DNA of 64,000 nt from Malacoraja senta (taxonomy: Eukaryota), in the NCBI GenBank assembly GCA_038087875.1, contig CM075980.1, forward strand, positions 66,464,001-66,528,000, in the 5' to 3' direction. The translations under genes were made by a program, and so were the position numbers. How positions within the stretch are numbered: position 1 is the first letter of the stretch; every line of letters starts with the position of its first letter. The notes under the pieces are model-generated. The model worked only from the letters and a program-made list of their open reading frames with translations. It was not told where the DNA came from and did not search any database. Shown piece after piece: positions 48,070 through 61,153 of this stretch.

Positions 48070-51000
48070 GGTCGTCTCTGCACCCGCCAAATTGGTGACC
48101 CTGACTTGTCTAGCCGTCATTAGACAGGGATCATGCAGGAAGACTATGTTCCTGCAGAATTGGCCAGTACGAGGCAGGGCTCACCTGGTTTCAAGCTGCC
48201 CAAGTTTTGACCGGATCAACCACAAGTTTGGTTCGCCCATGTGGAGGCAGTTTCACCTGCACAGGATTGTCGTAGTTGAGACCATGTACAGTGGCTTGCA
48301 AAAGTTTTCATACCCCTTGAACTTTTCCACATTTTGTCACGTTACAACCAAACGTAAATGTATTTTATTGGGATTTTATGTGATAGACCAACACAAAGTG
48401 GTGCATAATTGTGAAGTGGAAGGAAAATGATACATGGTTTTCAAATTTTTTTACAAATAAAAAACTGAAAAGTGTCACGTGCAAAAGAATTCAGCCCCCC
48501 TGAGTCAATACTTTGTAGAACCACCTTTCGCTGCAATTACACCTGCAAGTCTTTTGGGGTATGTCTCTATCAGCTTTGCACATCTAGAGACTGAAATTCG
48601 TGCCCATTCTTCTTTGCAAAATAGCTCAAGCTCAGTCAGATTGGATGGAGAGCGTCTGTGAACAGCAATTTTCAAGTCTTGCCAGATTCTCAATTGGATT
48701 TAGGTCTGGACTTTGACTGGGCCATTCTAACACATGAATATGCTTTGATCTAAACCATTCCATTGTAGCTCTGGCTGTATGTTTAGGGTCATTGTCCTGC
48801 TGGAAGGTGAACCTCCGCCCCAGTCTCAAGTCTTTTGCAGACTCTAACAGGTTTTCTTCCAAGATTGCCCTGTATTTGGCTCCATCCATCTTCCCATCAA
48901 CTCTGACCAGCTTCCCTGTCCCTGCTGAAGAAAAGCATCCCCACAGCATGATGCTGCCACCACGTTTCACAGTGGGGATGGTGTGTTCAGGGTGATGTGC
49001 AGTGTTAGGTTTCCGCCACACATAGTGTTTTGCATTTAGGCCAAAAACTTCAATTTTGGTCTCATCTGACCAGAGCACCTTGCTCCACATGTTTGCTGTG
49101 TGCCCCACATGGCTTGTGACAAACTGCAAACGGGACTTCTTATGGCTTTTTTTCAACAATGGCTTTCTTCTTGCCACTCTTCCATAAAGGCCCGATTTGT
49201 GGAGTGCACGACTAATAGTTGTCCTTGGACAGATTCTCCCACCTGAGCTGTGGATTTCTGCAGCTCCTCCAGAGTTACCATGGGCCTCTTGGCTGCTTCT
49301 CTGATCAATGCTCTCCTTGCCGGACCTGTCAGTTTAGGTGGACGGCCATGTCTTGGTAGGTTTGCAGTTGTGCCATACTCTTTCCATTTTCAGATGATGG
49401 ATCGAACAGTGCTCACTAATGTTCTCTAACAAACCTCTGAGGCCTTCACAGAACAGCTGTATTTATACTGAGATTAGATTACACACGTGGACTCTATTTA
49501 CTAATTAGGTGACTTCTGAAGGCAATTGGTTGCACTGGATTTTATTTAGGGGTATCAGAGTAAAGGGGGCTGAATACTTTTGCACGCCACTTTTCAGTTT
49601 TTTATTTGTAAAAAAATTTGAAAACCATGTATCATTTTCCTTCCACTTCACAATTATGCGCCACTTTGTGTTGATCTATCACATAAAATCCCAATAAAAT
49701 ACATTTACGTTTGTGGTTGTAACGTGACAAAATGTGGAAAAGTTCAAGGGGTATGAATACTTTTGCAAGCCACTGTACTTCCATGTTGTGGGGGCCCTGC
49801 CACAGGACTGTGCCTCAAAGTTGCTGCCGTACATAAGAGATCCGCCGGCGGTAGCTAATATGAGGGGTTGAAGGCTCTCCCATTACATACCTTTGGGCTC
49901 AGCCGCTGGGACAGGGCAGCGAAGATCCTCCACATGGATGGGATCAGCGACCGGCGTCCATCCACCATCATGGCAAAGATGTTGGCTCTGATGGACGCAT
50001 GATCGCGGGTAAAAAATACCCAGGTACCCGCAAAACCGAGCCATAAACCAGCTCAGATGAGGAGGCGTTGAGGTCTTCCTTAAGCGTAGTTCTGATGCCT
50101 AGAAGAACCCAGGGCAACTGGTCAACCCAATCGGGGCCGGTGAGCCAGGCCTTCAACGCCGACTTAAGGTGTCTGTGGAACCGCTCGACTAACCCATTCG
50201 CCTCCGGGTGATAAGCGGTGGTCTGGTGCAACTTCGCGCCGTACAGCTGCGCCAAACCGTACCACAAGGAGGAGGTAAACTGAGCCCCACGGTCGGTAGT
50301 GATATCGGAAGGGATCCCAAAACGAGCGATCCAATTTGAGACAATAGCACAGGCACAAGCCTTAGCAGAGGTATCAGACAACGGCATCGCCTCCGCCCAC
50401 CTGGTGAACCTATCCACTATAGTGAGCAGGTGCGTGGCCCCACGCGAACACGGCAAAGGACCGACCAGATCAACATGAATGTGCAGAAACCTGCCGCCAG
50501 GAACAGCAAAATCCTGCACTGGCGGGCGCACATGTCGCTGCAGCTTAGAAGTCTGACGGGACACGAGCGCGGGCCCATGCAGCAACCTGTTTCCGTAACC
50601 CGTGCCAGACAAACTTGGAAGCTACCAGGGCAGAGGTGGCGCGAATGGACGGGTGAGCTAGGCTGTGAACTGTGGCTGTGTCAAATATACGCCGCCTCCA
50701 AGCAACCGGGATGATCGGGCGGGCTCTACCTGTGGAAACATCACAAATGACCCGCACGCCTGTGGCGCCGCAAGCCAGTTTGAATCCCGATTCAGCATTG
50801 CGGTAATCTGCCATGCCGGCATCAGCCCATTGAGCCACTGCCAGTTCAGCGTAGTGCACCCCGAGGTTTAGAACGGAAGCCGCAGGAACAGCCAGACGGG
50901 ATAGCGCGCCAACACAACGTTCAGCTTCCCCGCCACATGCCGAATGTCAGGCGTGAATTCGGATATGTAGGCGAGGTGCCGCTGTTGCCTGGCGGACCAC

Positions 51001-51370
51001 GGATCGGCTACTTTGCTCAATGTGAACGTGAGCGGCTTGTGGTCCGTGAAGGCAGTGAATGTGCGGCCCTCAAGGAAATAGCGGAAATGCCTGATCGCCA
51101 GATAGAGCGCGAGTTCTTGGTCAAAAGCGCTGTACCCGCAGCTGCCTGCTGAAAAACGGCAGTGGTTACCTACCCGCTGCTCGAGGACAGCGCCCACCGC
51201 GACGTCCGAAGCGTTGACAGTGAGAGCCGTGGGGGCGGACGCCCTTGGGTGTACCAGCATGGTGGCGTTGGCCAATGCGATCTTAGCCCCCTCGAAAGCT
51301 ATACTAGCTTCTTTGGACCAAACCAGATCCTTTGGCTTACCCGCAAGACATTGGAACAGCGGTCGCATTT
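48070..51370. mobile_element. Degenerate Gypsy element: PBS and gag on +, RNase H and integrase inverted on -
   Basis: TGGTGACCCTGAC PBS at 48093 with gag pieces either side of the Tc1. The - strand ORFs carry HVDLVGPLP, TTDRGAQF, GLVERFHR and FTDHKPL. Confidence 0.82.
48289..49775 (-). mobile_element. Tc1 transposon (long IR/DR TIRs, TA TSD), defective transposase
   Basis: TA|CAGTGGCTTGCAAAAGT..TTTTGCAAGCCACTG|TA, ~200-bp TIRs, [22 protein letters not shown]. Confidence 0.96.
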
Positions 51371-51399
51371 ACCATGCCGATGAATTCCTGTAATGCCTA

Positions 51400-51547
51400 G
51401 CGTCACGTCTGGAGAAACCAGGCACCACTCATCACCTGGCCAATACCATACCTACGGTGAAACATGGTGGTAGCAGTGTCATGCTGTGGGGATATTTTTC
51501 AGCGGCAAGAACTGGGAGACTAGTCAGGATCGAGGGAAAGATGAACA
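51400..51547 (+). mobile_element. Short Tc1 transposase fragment
   Basis: Encodes [16 protein letters not shown]. Confidence 0.75.
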
Positions 51548-53079
51548 TGTGACAGGAGTTAAGGTTTTTCACTGAAAGCCTATTTTGTTTCAGATAAATG
51601 TCAGACTATGGCACTTTGGAGATTGGAATGTTGCAGGAGAAATGATCAGCACATGAAGGATATTTTGAAGAGGATATATTTTTCTGGGACTGATGGCAAT
51701 TGTTAAGTATGTTAACTTTCTACTCTTGCTTTAACTTGTACCGACATATAAATACTATAGACTGACAACTCATAGTGACAGACAGCTCCAGAAGCTCATT
51801 AAGTTTATTCCCCATTAGAGTTCTGAACCAATCACCTTTAACAGCCCAGAGGTGGTCACGTACTCTCGGCTTTTATTCCATTACTCTTTTGTATGTTTTT
51901 GCATTTGCAACAATTTTTGCACCATTCTGATCTTTGGTACATCATATTTCTTGTATTACATCATTGTCATGTTTTTCATTGTACTAGTAAACTGATCGGA
52001 CTTATTTTAATTACAAAATTCAGAGCAACTGGATTTAACCAATTGGTTCACATGTGCATGTTTTTAAGTGCACTTAATAGTTCAATGGTGCAGATTACAG
52101 CCAAATACATTAGACCTTGATATTTGTAGCATATACATTAGCATAGAATTTAATTTGTTTTCCATATTTAATAAAACTACATTAGCTTTAACAATGTTGT
52201 GAGTGAATTTAGGTTTCGCCATCCCGTTTCTGGACATTGAAATGTACAAAATGCCTGTCCATGTCACAAAGAGCATTTCTAATGACATTTCATGGGCATA
52301 ACTCAGAATTAAATGCTACAAGCCCATCTTGTAGTGATGCCAACTGCCAAGGCCTTTAGTGACCACAAAATCAATTTTGCCTCATTTCAGTATTACACAA
52401 ATAATACAAGAGCCATTTGAGTCTCATTAAACCCATAAAATACCATTTGTCCATCTCTAGGTATGATTATTGGTTAACATGGTAAATATGGCAGTTCTGG
52501 ATGTTTTTCCCCCACCAGAATGAATAGATGAATTCAAAACTTGTCAATAAATACATTAGCTTCAGGTAAATCTGGACAACATGAATAGGGGGCACAATAT
52601 CAATTATTAGATGAGATTTCCATTATGGGTCTCTTCTAGAACATGATTTCCTCCACAACTTGTAAGTTAAATAGATTATGCTCTGCCATTAAATCAAAAA
52701 CACCACTTACAACACGAGTATTGAGTTTCTAATGTTCATGCAATTTTTAGAATAAAACTCCAGATTATCAATTTTCAAATGGAGTTTGATTTGATCTTAA
52801 TATAAAACTGGTTCAGAAACACTTTGCCAGGTTTTTTTCACCTATACCCAGCAAAATCAAAGTTTTGTTTAGGGAAACATTACTTGATTATACTACATCA
52901 ATTAAACATTATTTAGCATTGGTCACCCAGAAAGGCCCGTTCTTAGTGGGGTTTTGATATTGGTTGCATCCGTGTAATAGATTTTGCACGGCAAATATTG
53001 ATCTCACAGCCACAAACTCTCACTTAATATTTTCGAGTTAATGAGTAAAAGTGGAGCCTATTCAACCAATGTTGTTCTT

Positions 53080-53500
53080 GGCCGTGTCCGTGTAATACAG
53101 ACTACAAGCCCCAGAAGAGCCTCGTTTTAATCATGTTGGCTGTAACGTGTAAATTTCCCCTCAGGAGTAAGTTGGCGTGATGGACAGGGAACCCGCTCCG
53201 CTGCTTTCGCCACGATGCACCCACCCGTAAATGCTTATCGCCGCTATCTGCGCGCGAAATGCCGAGGGCGCGCTTTATATAAGGACGAACCCACGTGATC
53301 GCCACGGCCTTTTCCTCCAATCCCCGTGCCTCGTGTCACGTGCGCCCCGGAACCACGCGCTTTTATCCGCGAGTCGCCGTTAGTCCGCGATCTCGCGCTT
53401 CCCGCCGGCGTTAGTCACGTGAGCTGCCGCTCCGCATGGGGCCGCCTCCTCCTCCCCCCGTGACCTGACGCCATGGTTGCGCTGCCTGCGGTTGCTGGTT
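53080..53500 (+). promoter_or_regulatory. CpG-island promoter of NICN1
   Basis: CpG-rich non-repeat island in AT-rich DNA, ~1 kb upstream of the NICN1 coding exon. ZNF143-like ACTACAAGCCCCAG at 53101 and CACGTG E-boxes at 53292, 53337 and 53416. Confidence 0.8.
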
Positions 53501-54455
53501 GGTCTTAGAAATGAATCTTCATTTCATTCAATTATAGATAAAAAGCAATTCAAGTAGTTAACACTAAATTTCTGGCTCAATGTGAGATTATATTTTTGTG
53601 ATGTATTATATATAATTTTTAATGTACATTTTTGGAATCGTATTAAGGTCAGTATTCAGTTTAAGATAATTTCCAGTCTTTCTGTAAATAAACTATTACT
53701 GGACTATTTCAGTACAGTAATATAGAATTTACGTTATTAAAAGCTTTATTATTCCTGTCATTTTTATATAGAAACTAAATAATATTAAAGTAATGTTCTA
53801 AAAATCACAACCATCTCCACCTACCAACTAACCTTTCTCATTTTCCTCATTCTCAGGTATTTTAAACTGAAATTCATTTGCCAGCCCCAGACGTAATAAT
53901 GCAAGTATTATTTTGGTAAATGGAAGAAATGTATTTCAAGACTCACTTTATGGCAGTGGCCCAATGGTGTAACTATCTCAATTGCCCCCGTGCATCTTGC
54001 CTACAAACGTCTTGTGCCCCTACACAAGATGATTCCAATGCGTTTATTATGACTATCTGCTAGTTTCTGTTTTCCTCTTAATTGTTTAAAACTTAGACAA
54101 ATGGTATAGTTTCCTACTAAGGAATCCATTAACAGCTGGTACTTTGCAGATTAAGTAGAATGATAGTTTCTGAATTGAAGTTGGAGTCAAAATTAGAATA
54201 CATTATAAATTAACTAATTGGAATTATTAAAGAGCATTTATAGTTTCAATGTAGATTATGAAATATCTATTTTGCTTCACCATCTTTGTTTAGTAAATGC
54301 AAGATTTAAATGAATTATTGTAAACTAGAAATTCCCATAAACTGAGTGTTTGGAAGTCTTTAGGCACCTTTAAACTGTTGTCTTAAACATTCAGTATTTC
54401 AGTAGACATATGGTAACATCTAATATCACTCTCCTATTCTACCCACACAGCTGAA

Positions 54456-54587
54456 ATGGCAGATAACTGCATTGCATGTTTAATTAAAAGTCCAGTTGCA
54501 CTACAGAGTGGGGATTTGAAAACGGATTCATCAAAGCCTGGAGTGTTTGTTATAGAGGTGACTTTTCCAAAGGAGAGAATTACGAAT
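54456..54587 (+). CDS. NICN1: Nicolin-1 first conserved coding exon
   Basis: MADNCIACLIKSPVALQSGDLKTDSSKPGVFVIEVTFPKERITN resembles the human NICN1 N-terminus as I recall it (PCHVKGTVALQVGD..RPGVLVIDVTFP). Acceptor ends at 54450, GT donor at 54588. Confidence 0.9.
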
Positions 54588-54899
54588 GTATGTGACACTT
54601 GTATCTTTCATATCAGTTAAAGGAGAAAAATACTGTTTGCTTACTGCATGTCAATTTCTATAATCATATTGTGTTTAATGAACAGTCTTCGGGATGAAAG
54701 AGGTTATCAAAATATTGATAAAAGAGCTAGGAGCTTGTGATGAAAAGCTTGACAGAGACACTGACTAACTTAGGGAGTTGTAAAACCGTTTCAGCTAAGG
54801 AGCTGCATCCTTGTGCAATTAATTGAATCAAGCCTACACTCAGATAGAAACCAATATAAACTGGGCTACCTTTTATTCATTATCATTGCACCATTATGT

Positions 54900-55960
54900 T
54901 TTTAGTACATTATATATTTTGTATCAAGTCTTTGACACAATTTGGTATGGAATCAACCAGATGCTGACAGTTCCCGAGGATTCATTTCCTCTCAATACTG
55001 CAGCTGAATTATGGTATCAACCCTCTATTTGGTGGTACGGTCCTTTCCTTTCCGCCTCTCCTTGATAATTGACCACAAATTCTCAATTGGATTTGGGTCA
55101 AGTAAGTTACCAGACCAGTCCAAGCACATATTCCCTTCTGCTAGAAAAAGTGTGTCACGTTCTTTGATGTGTGGCACAGTGCCAGATCAATCTGGAAAAG
55201 ATTTCACCATCCCCGGCACCACGCTTCACTGCAATACATCGATATATTGTGATGGTCTCATCATTCCGTCAACTGGGTGCAGTGAACCAACACCGTAGTT
55301 CCATAAACTATGGAGTTGGAGTTCCCTAAACAGCCCCAGAGCATCATTTCAGCATATTTGACAAACTGGTCGATATAGCTTTTTCTCACTGACTCTCTGA
55401 GCATGTTGGCTACTTTGACCCTGAACCAGGAAATAACTTTCATCACTGAATAACACATTTCTCCAATCTTTATATCTTTGTATTTTCTGTATTGTCCAAT
55501 CTTTATACATTTGTATTGGTATTGTTTCTTTTTCATAGCAGATTTTTTTCTCACAGGACATCGCGCTATATAGCCGACTTCAATGAGGCATTGGTGCAAG
55601 GTGCTTGAGCTTATTGAGCCTCGGCTGCCTCCAAATCTTTATTCAGGGCATCATTCGTCTTTCTTGAATCTTAGTTTCTAAAATCAGCAAGTCCTCATGT
55701 CTTGCAGTCGACTTCCTAATGTGGCCAGTCCTTGCCCGTCCTCTTGGGCAATAGAGATCCGACTTCAGACCATTCCTTGGATACAGCAAGCTTGGATACA
55801 TAAGCTTGGCTCATCTTTGCCATCTCTTGCTGTGACTTTCAGCATAGTTTTATGATCTTTGTTTGCCTCTTTGGAGTGATATACATTTTGTGGATTGCTT
55901 GATATACATTTTGTGAATTGCTTGAGTTCTTCGCAAATAAAGATAAATCACTGGCAATGA
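54900..55960 (-). mobile_element. Old Tc1-like remnant in a NICN1 intron
   Basis: WRNVLFSDES, MLWGC and DPNPIENLW fragments. Confidence 0.7.
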
Positions 55961-55974
55961 CTATCCAAAAATTG

Positions 55975-56412
55975 AACCGGGTAGCGCTGCGATGGCAGCC
56001 TCGCCAACAATCTCTGTCTTTTCGTCTTTTTTTGGTTATTTTTAGTGTGTTTTAAAAGTATGTGTTAATGTTCTTTGGTTTGTTTTTATGTGGGGGTTTG
56101 GTGGGGGGTCAGGAGAAACTTCAATCTCTTACCTTGCCGGAGACGCGATTGTTTTCCGGATCGTAACTCCAGTCGCTCTGCGGCCTATCATGGAGCTGGC
56201 AGCCTTGCTCGGGACTGACATTGAGCCCCACCGCGGGGACTTGGACTTACCATCGGATCCGATGGTAAGTCTTCCTGATATACCAGTGGCCAGAGGATCT
56301 GGGATGACAGAGGAACTGAAGGAAATCCACATTAGGCAGGAAATGGTGTTGGGTAGACTGATGGGACTGAAGGCTGATAAATCCCTAGGGCCTGATGATC
56401 TGCATCTCAGGG
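55975..56412 (+). repeat. Unclassified interspersed repeat joined to a CR1 ORF2 fragment
   Basis: GC-rich repeat-like head, then EELKEI..GLKADKS.GPD.LH (CR1). Confidence 0.5.
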
Positions 56413-57571
56413 TAAACATAGAAACATAGAAACATAGAAATTAGGTGCAGGAGTAGGCCATTCGGCCCTTCGAGCCTGCACCGCCATTCAATATGATCAT
56501 GGCTGATCATCCAACTCAGTATCCCGTACCTGCCTTCTCTCCATACCCTCTGATCCCTTTAGCCACAAGGGCCACATCTAACTCCCTCTTAAATATAGCC
56601 AATGAACTGGCCTCGACTACCCTCTGTGGCAGAGAGTTCCAGAGAATTCACCACTCTCTGTGTGAAAAAAGTTCTTCTCATCTCGGTTTTAAAGGATTTC
56701 CCCCTTATCCTTAAGCTGTGACCCTTGTCCTGGACTTCCCCAACATCGGGACAATCTTCCTGCATCTAGCCTGACCAACCCCTTAAGAATTTTGTAAGTT
56801 TCTATAAGATCCCCTCTCAATCTCCTAAATTCTAGAGAGTATAAACCAAGTCTATCCAGTCTTTCTTCATAACAGTCCTGACATCCCAGGAATCAGTCTG
56901 GTGAACCTTCTCTGCACTCCTCTATGGCAATAATGTCCTTCCTCAGATTTGGAGACCAAAACTGTACGCAATACTCCAGGTGTGGTCTCACCAACACCCT
57001 GTACAACTGCAGTAGAACCTCCCTGCTCCTATACTCAAATCTTTTGTTATGAAAGCTAACATACCATTCGCTTTCTTCACTGCCTGCTGCACCTGCATGC
57101 CTACTTTCAATGACTGGTGTACCATGACACCCAGGTCTCGCTGCGTCTCCCCTTTTCCTAGTCGGCCACCATTTAGAAAATAGTCTGCTTTCCTGTTTTT
57201 GCCACCAAAATGGATAACCTCACATTTATCCACATTATACTGCATCTGCCAAACATTTGCCCACTCACCCAGCCTATCCAAGTCACCTTGCAGTCTCCTA
57301 GCATCCTCCTCACAGCTAACACCTGCCCCCAGCTTAGTGTCATCCGCAAACTTGGAGATATTGCCTTCAATTCCCTCATCCAGGTCATTAATATATATTG
57401 TAAATAGCTGGGGTCCCAGCACTGAGCCTTGCGGTACCCCACTAGTCACTGCCTGCCATTGTGAAAAGGACCCGTTTACTCCTACTCTTTGCTTCCTGTT
57501 TGCCAGCCAGTTCTCTATCCACATCAATACTGAACCCCCAATGCCATGTGCTTTAAGTTTGTATACTAATC
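56413..57571 (-). mobile_element. CR1 LINE 3' part running into the assembly gap
   Basis: Near-identical to the 44.8-45.9 kb CR1, with a (GAAACATA)n tail. Confidence 0.93.
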
Positions 57572-57771
57572 NNNNNNNNNNNNNNNNNNNNNNNNNNNNN
57601 NNNNNNNNNNNNNNNNNNNNNNNNNNNNNNNNNNNNNNNNNNNNNNNNNNNNNNNNNNNNNNNNNNNNNNNNNNNNNNNNNNNNNNNNNNNNNNNNNNNN
57701 NNNNNNNNNNNNNNNNNNNNNNNNNNNNNNNNNNNNNNNNNNNNNNNNNNNNNNNNNNNNNNNNNNNNNNN
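57572..57771. other. Assembly gap (200 N)
   Basis: Run of N. Confidence 1.
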
Positions 57772-59369
57772 CTCCCAACCTACCTCACTGTGGTTCTTGC
57801 CCTATATTTCTATCTACTTATTCTCTGTAGCAATAGCACAATAACACTAATATTAAGCACCCTGGTATTTTTCTCTGCGCTACTGTTGTACTGGAGTATG
57901 GCTTGATTGCATTCGCATTTGGTACAATTTGTCTGGATAGCAGGCAAAGTTTTTCACTATCTCAGTGCACATAATGATAAAAAGCCTATACCAATAAATG
58001 TGAGTTTTGAAGAACCTCATCTTATGGCTCTGAAGTTATTTTGTTTAAAACCATTGGGTCCAGACCATCAGGATTTGGCAACTTGACTGCTTGTAGACTC
58101 ATTAGATTTTCCAATGCAGGTGATTCCTGCATGTGGTTTACAGAAATTTGCCTTAAATCGCTAAATCGATATCCAAACATATAAGATGCAGAATAAATTT
58201 GCGGATGTGTAATTTATGTGTGGCAGCAATTAAGTAAATAAACACAAAATGCAAAATAAATCAATTTTGTCCTTTCTAAAAAAAACCTCTCACATCCTAA
58301 CATATGCACAGATAATGTAGCAGCATTTTTATTTAGTGCCATAGGTTCCTTTATCCAGCAATTTTACTACTCCAGGAATTTTCCATATTCTTCACCTTTG
58401 AGATGTCTGAAACAGGGTCAGCAAGTTTAAGTGCGAGTTGTAAACCTAAGTGACCACTATTATTTGGAGGTAGACATTGTATCATTACACTATCTTGCTA
58501 TATTTGATATGTGTTTAAGTGTGTATCATCCTTTAAACTAAAGGCCTGAAGGCAAAAAGCATCTATAGTCACTGTGTCCAAATGCAGTTGCTGGCCTGTT
58601 AAGATACTACCTTGTCAGTTTCCAAACCAAATCTCTTAACTAACCAAAATGATCCTACAGCTGTGCTGTTCATTATTACTCTTGAGAGGAAAAAATTCCA
58701 TAGAATCGTATCTCCACTTTTAATGGGAAACAAAACGAAATAAGGTTTTGCATTAATGAAAATCGTCATATGGACAGTTGTCTAGGAATTCAACCCCTCT
58801 AACATGCCTGTACCTTGTCCCTTATGATAGTGATTGTTACAAGTTCTTCCAGACTGTTTGAAACTAGCCCATCAAATATCTGCAGTGATATTAGCAGAGT
58901 CTATGAAGACTGATGCATTGATTTAACTTTGCTGTCATTTCCTTGTTTTTCCCGTCATAAATTTCAGCTGTGACGCTCTGTAGAGATTCCACATTTCTTC
59001 AAACTACCCTCTTTCATTTTATCCATTAAAACCCCATCTGTCGGTTTTGATAATACATCTGACAATTTTCTCTCAGTATCAATTTTCTCTGTCTTTACTT
59101 GCGACCATACATGCTCTAATTTTTCATCTATTGTTTCATCAATCATAATCTTGTTAAGTGGTGATATAGGCTCGAAGGGACAAGAGGTCTGAATAGAGGC
59201 TGCTAATTCCAAAGTTGCTATTTAGAGTTAACAAGGAACTTGTGGCAGAATAAGAGGGTGAGAGAGTGTTGGTGTGAACTGGGAACACAAATAAGAGAAT
59301 ATGAATACAACATTTCAACTATGGTCAAAACACTTGTACTTTTTCTTCAATCACAGTTGTTTTTTACAG

Positions 59370-59474
59370 GGATTACCGGATCCAGACGTGGTAGCTTCAA
59401 GTGTGCAACAGATGTGGGTGTTGACTGAAATGGTCCAGAACAATTCAACGTCTGCCCGTGTTGGACGCTTTGAT
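59370..59474 (+). CDS. NICN1: Nicolin-1 penultimate exon
   Basis: GLPDPDVVASSVQQMWVLTEMVQNNSTSARVGRFD. Polypyrimidine-CAG acceptor and a GCAAGT donor. Confidence 0.92.
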
Positions 59475-59591
59475 GCAAGTATCATTATTATTTTCTTGCA
59501 ACTTGTCAATAAGAAAATTAACCTAAAATATATAGCAGAAAAATGTGAATAAATGCATTTATGAGAAGATGGTCTCAATATTCATATCATA

Positions 59592-60960
59592 TCTATGTAC
59601 TTAAAAGTCTGATCTTGGATGTATGTGTATTTGTTTGTGTGTTTATTTGTTTGTGTATAATCACATCTTCTCGAAAAAAACGACGCGTTAACGGTGAGAT
59701 ATTTACATATTCCGGTAGATATTTTTTCACGTGGTCCAAATTCGCCTTATCCGAAAATTTCATGCTTTATTTCTCGAGTTATTACTGAAAATGTTCCAAA
59801 AATCGGACAAAACTTTGAAATAAAGACGACTGTCTTTCGCTGATGACGTCACAATGGGTCTGCTTGCTGTCGTCTTCCTCGCGCTGCGAGTGACGTGACC
59901 ACCTCCCCCCATCTTCCCTTCTCCCCCCCTGTTATTCAAAAGACGCAGAAAGAACGAGCAAGTCAGGCCCTGCACTGAAGCCGCCAAACTCGCAGTCCTT
60001 TGGTCGCCAGCCTCGTTCCCTCGCTCGGGTCCTTGAGTCGGCGCATTATTGCGTTCAGGAACCAGCTCTGCCCTGTGAGTCTCTCCCACTACCCTGGGCC
60101 TCTCTCTCCCCTCCCCCTTCTCTCCCCCTCTCTCTCTCCCCTCTCTCTCTCCCCCTCTCTCTCCACCTCTCCCTCCCCCACCCCCTCTCTCCCCACCCCC
60201 CCTCTCTCCCACCCCCCTCTCTCCCCACCCCCCTCTCTCCCCACCCCCCCTCTCTCCCCCCCTCCATCCCCACCCTCACAGAAAAATGACGCAGTAACGG
60301 TAACATTTTTACATATTCCAGTAGACATTTTTCCCGTGTAGTCCGAAATCGCCTTATCTGAAAATTTCATGCTTTATTTCTCGAGTTATTACTGAGAATG
60401 TTCAAAAATCTGACAAAACTTTCAATTTAAAAATGACTGTCTTTCGCTGATGACGTCACAATGGATCTGCGTGCAGTCTTCCTCGCGCTGCGAGTGACGT
60501 CGCCCCACCACTCCTCCTTTCCCCCCCCCCCGTTATTCAAAAGACGCAGAAAGAACGAGCAAGTCGGGCCTTGGACTGAAGCCGCAGAACTCGCAGTCCT
60601 TTGGTTGACGCTCTATGGCCAACCGCCCCACTCACCTCCTCCTCTCCCGCCCCCCCCTCTTCTCCCGCCCCCTCTTCTCCCGCCCCCCTCTTCTCCCGCC
60701 CCCCTCCTCTCCCTCCCCCCTCCTCCTCCCCCTCTTCACCCCTCTCTCTCTCTCTCCCCCCCTCTCTCTCCCCCCTCTCTCTCCCCACCCCTCTCTCCCC
60801 CCCTCTCTCTTCTCCCCCCCCTCTCTCTCTCCCCCCCCCCCTCCTCCAGGAATACGATATGCATCTTTCTGCAGTCTCCCTGGATATCATGTTGAAATTA
60901 ATTTGGGATATATGAATTTGAAAAGCAAGGATAGATGCTGTCACTGTCAAGTCTTGTACA
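59592..60960 (+). mobile_element. Non-autonomous Helitron-like element with an internal ~600-bp duplication and CT-rich tracts
   Basis: A|TCTATGTACTTAAAAGTC head. Blocks ~59680-60280 and ~60280-60850 are duplicated. No 3' CTAG end identified. Confidence 0.6.
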
Positions 60961-61111
60961 AAACATGGCCACAGATAAAATAACTAGTTGATTTAACCTA
61001 TAGAAAACCAGTTCAGGAGAACAGAGATATTATTGAAAGAGAAAATGGTGAAATCCATTCAGAATATGAAGGGACGAATATCACCCTACATTTCTTGTAT
61101 TTTATCTGTAG

Positions 61112-61153
61112 GTGGATGGTTCCTACGATGTCAACATGCTATCCTACATCTGA
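61112..61153 (+). CDS. NICN1: Nicolin-1 last coding exon
   Basis: VDGSYDVNMLSYI* after a TAG acceptor (human, recalled: VDGCYDLNLLSYT). Candidate AATAAA signals downstream, e.g. 61780. Confidence 0.9.
   Translation: MDGSYDVNMLSYI

Noticed and set aside
57199-57906. ORFs spanning the N run
   Set aside because: Assembly-gap artefacts.
58964-59212. 82-aa minus-strand ORF
   Set aside because: No recognisable motif, non-ATG start, intronic and antisense to NICN1.
59760-60983. Pro/Gly/Arg-rich ORFs
   Set aside because: Artefacts of CT-rich low-complexity tracts in a NICN1 intron.
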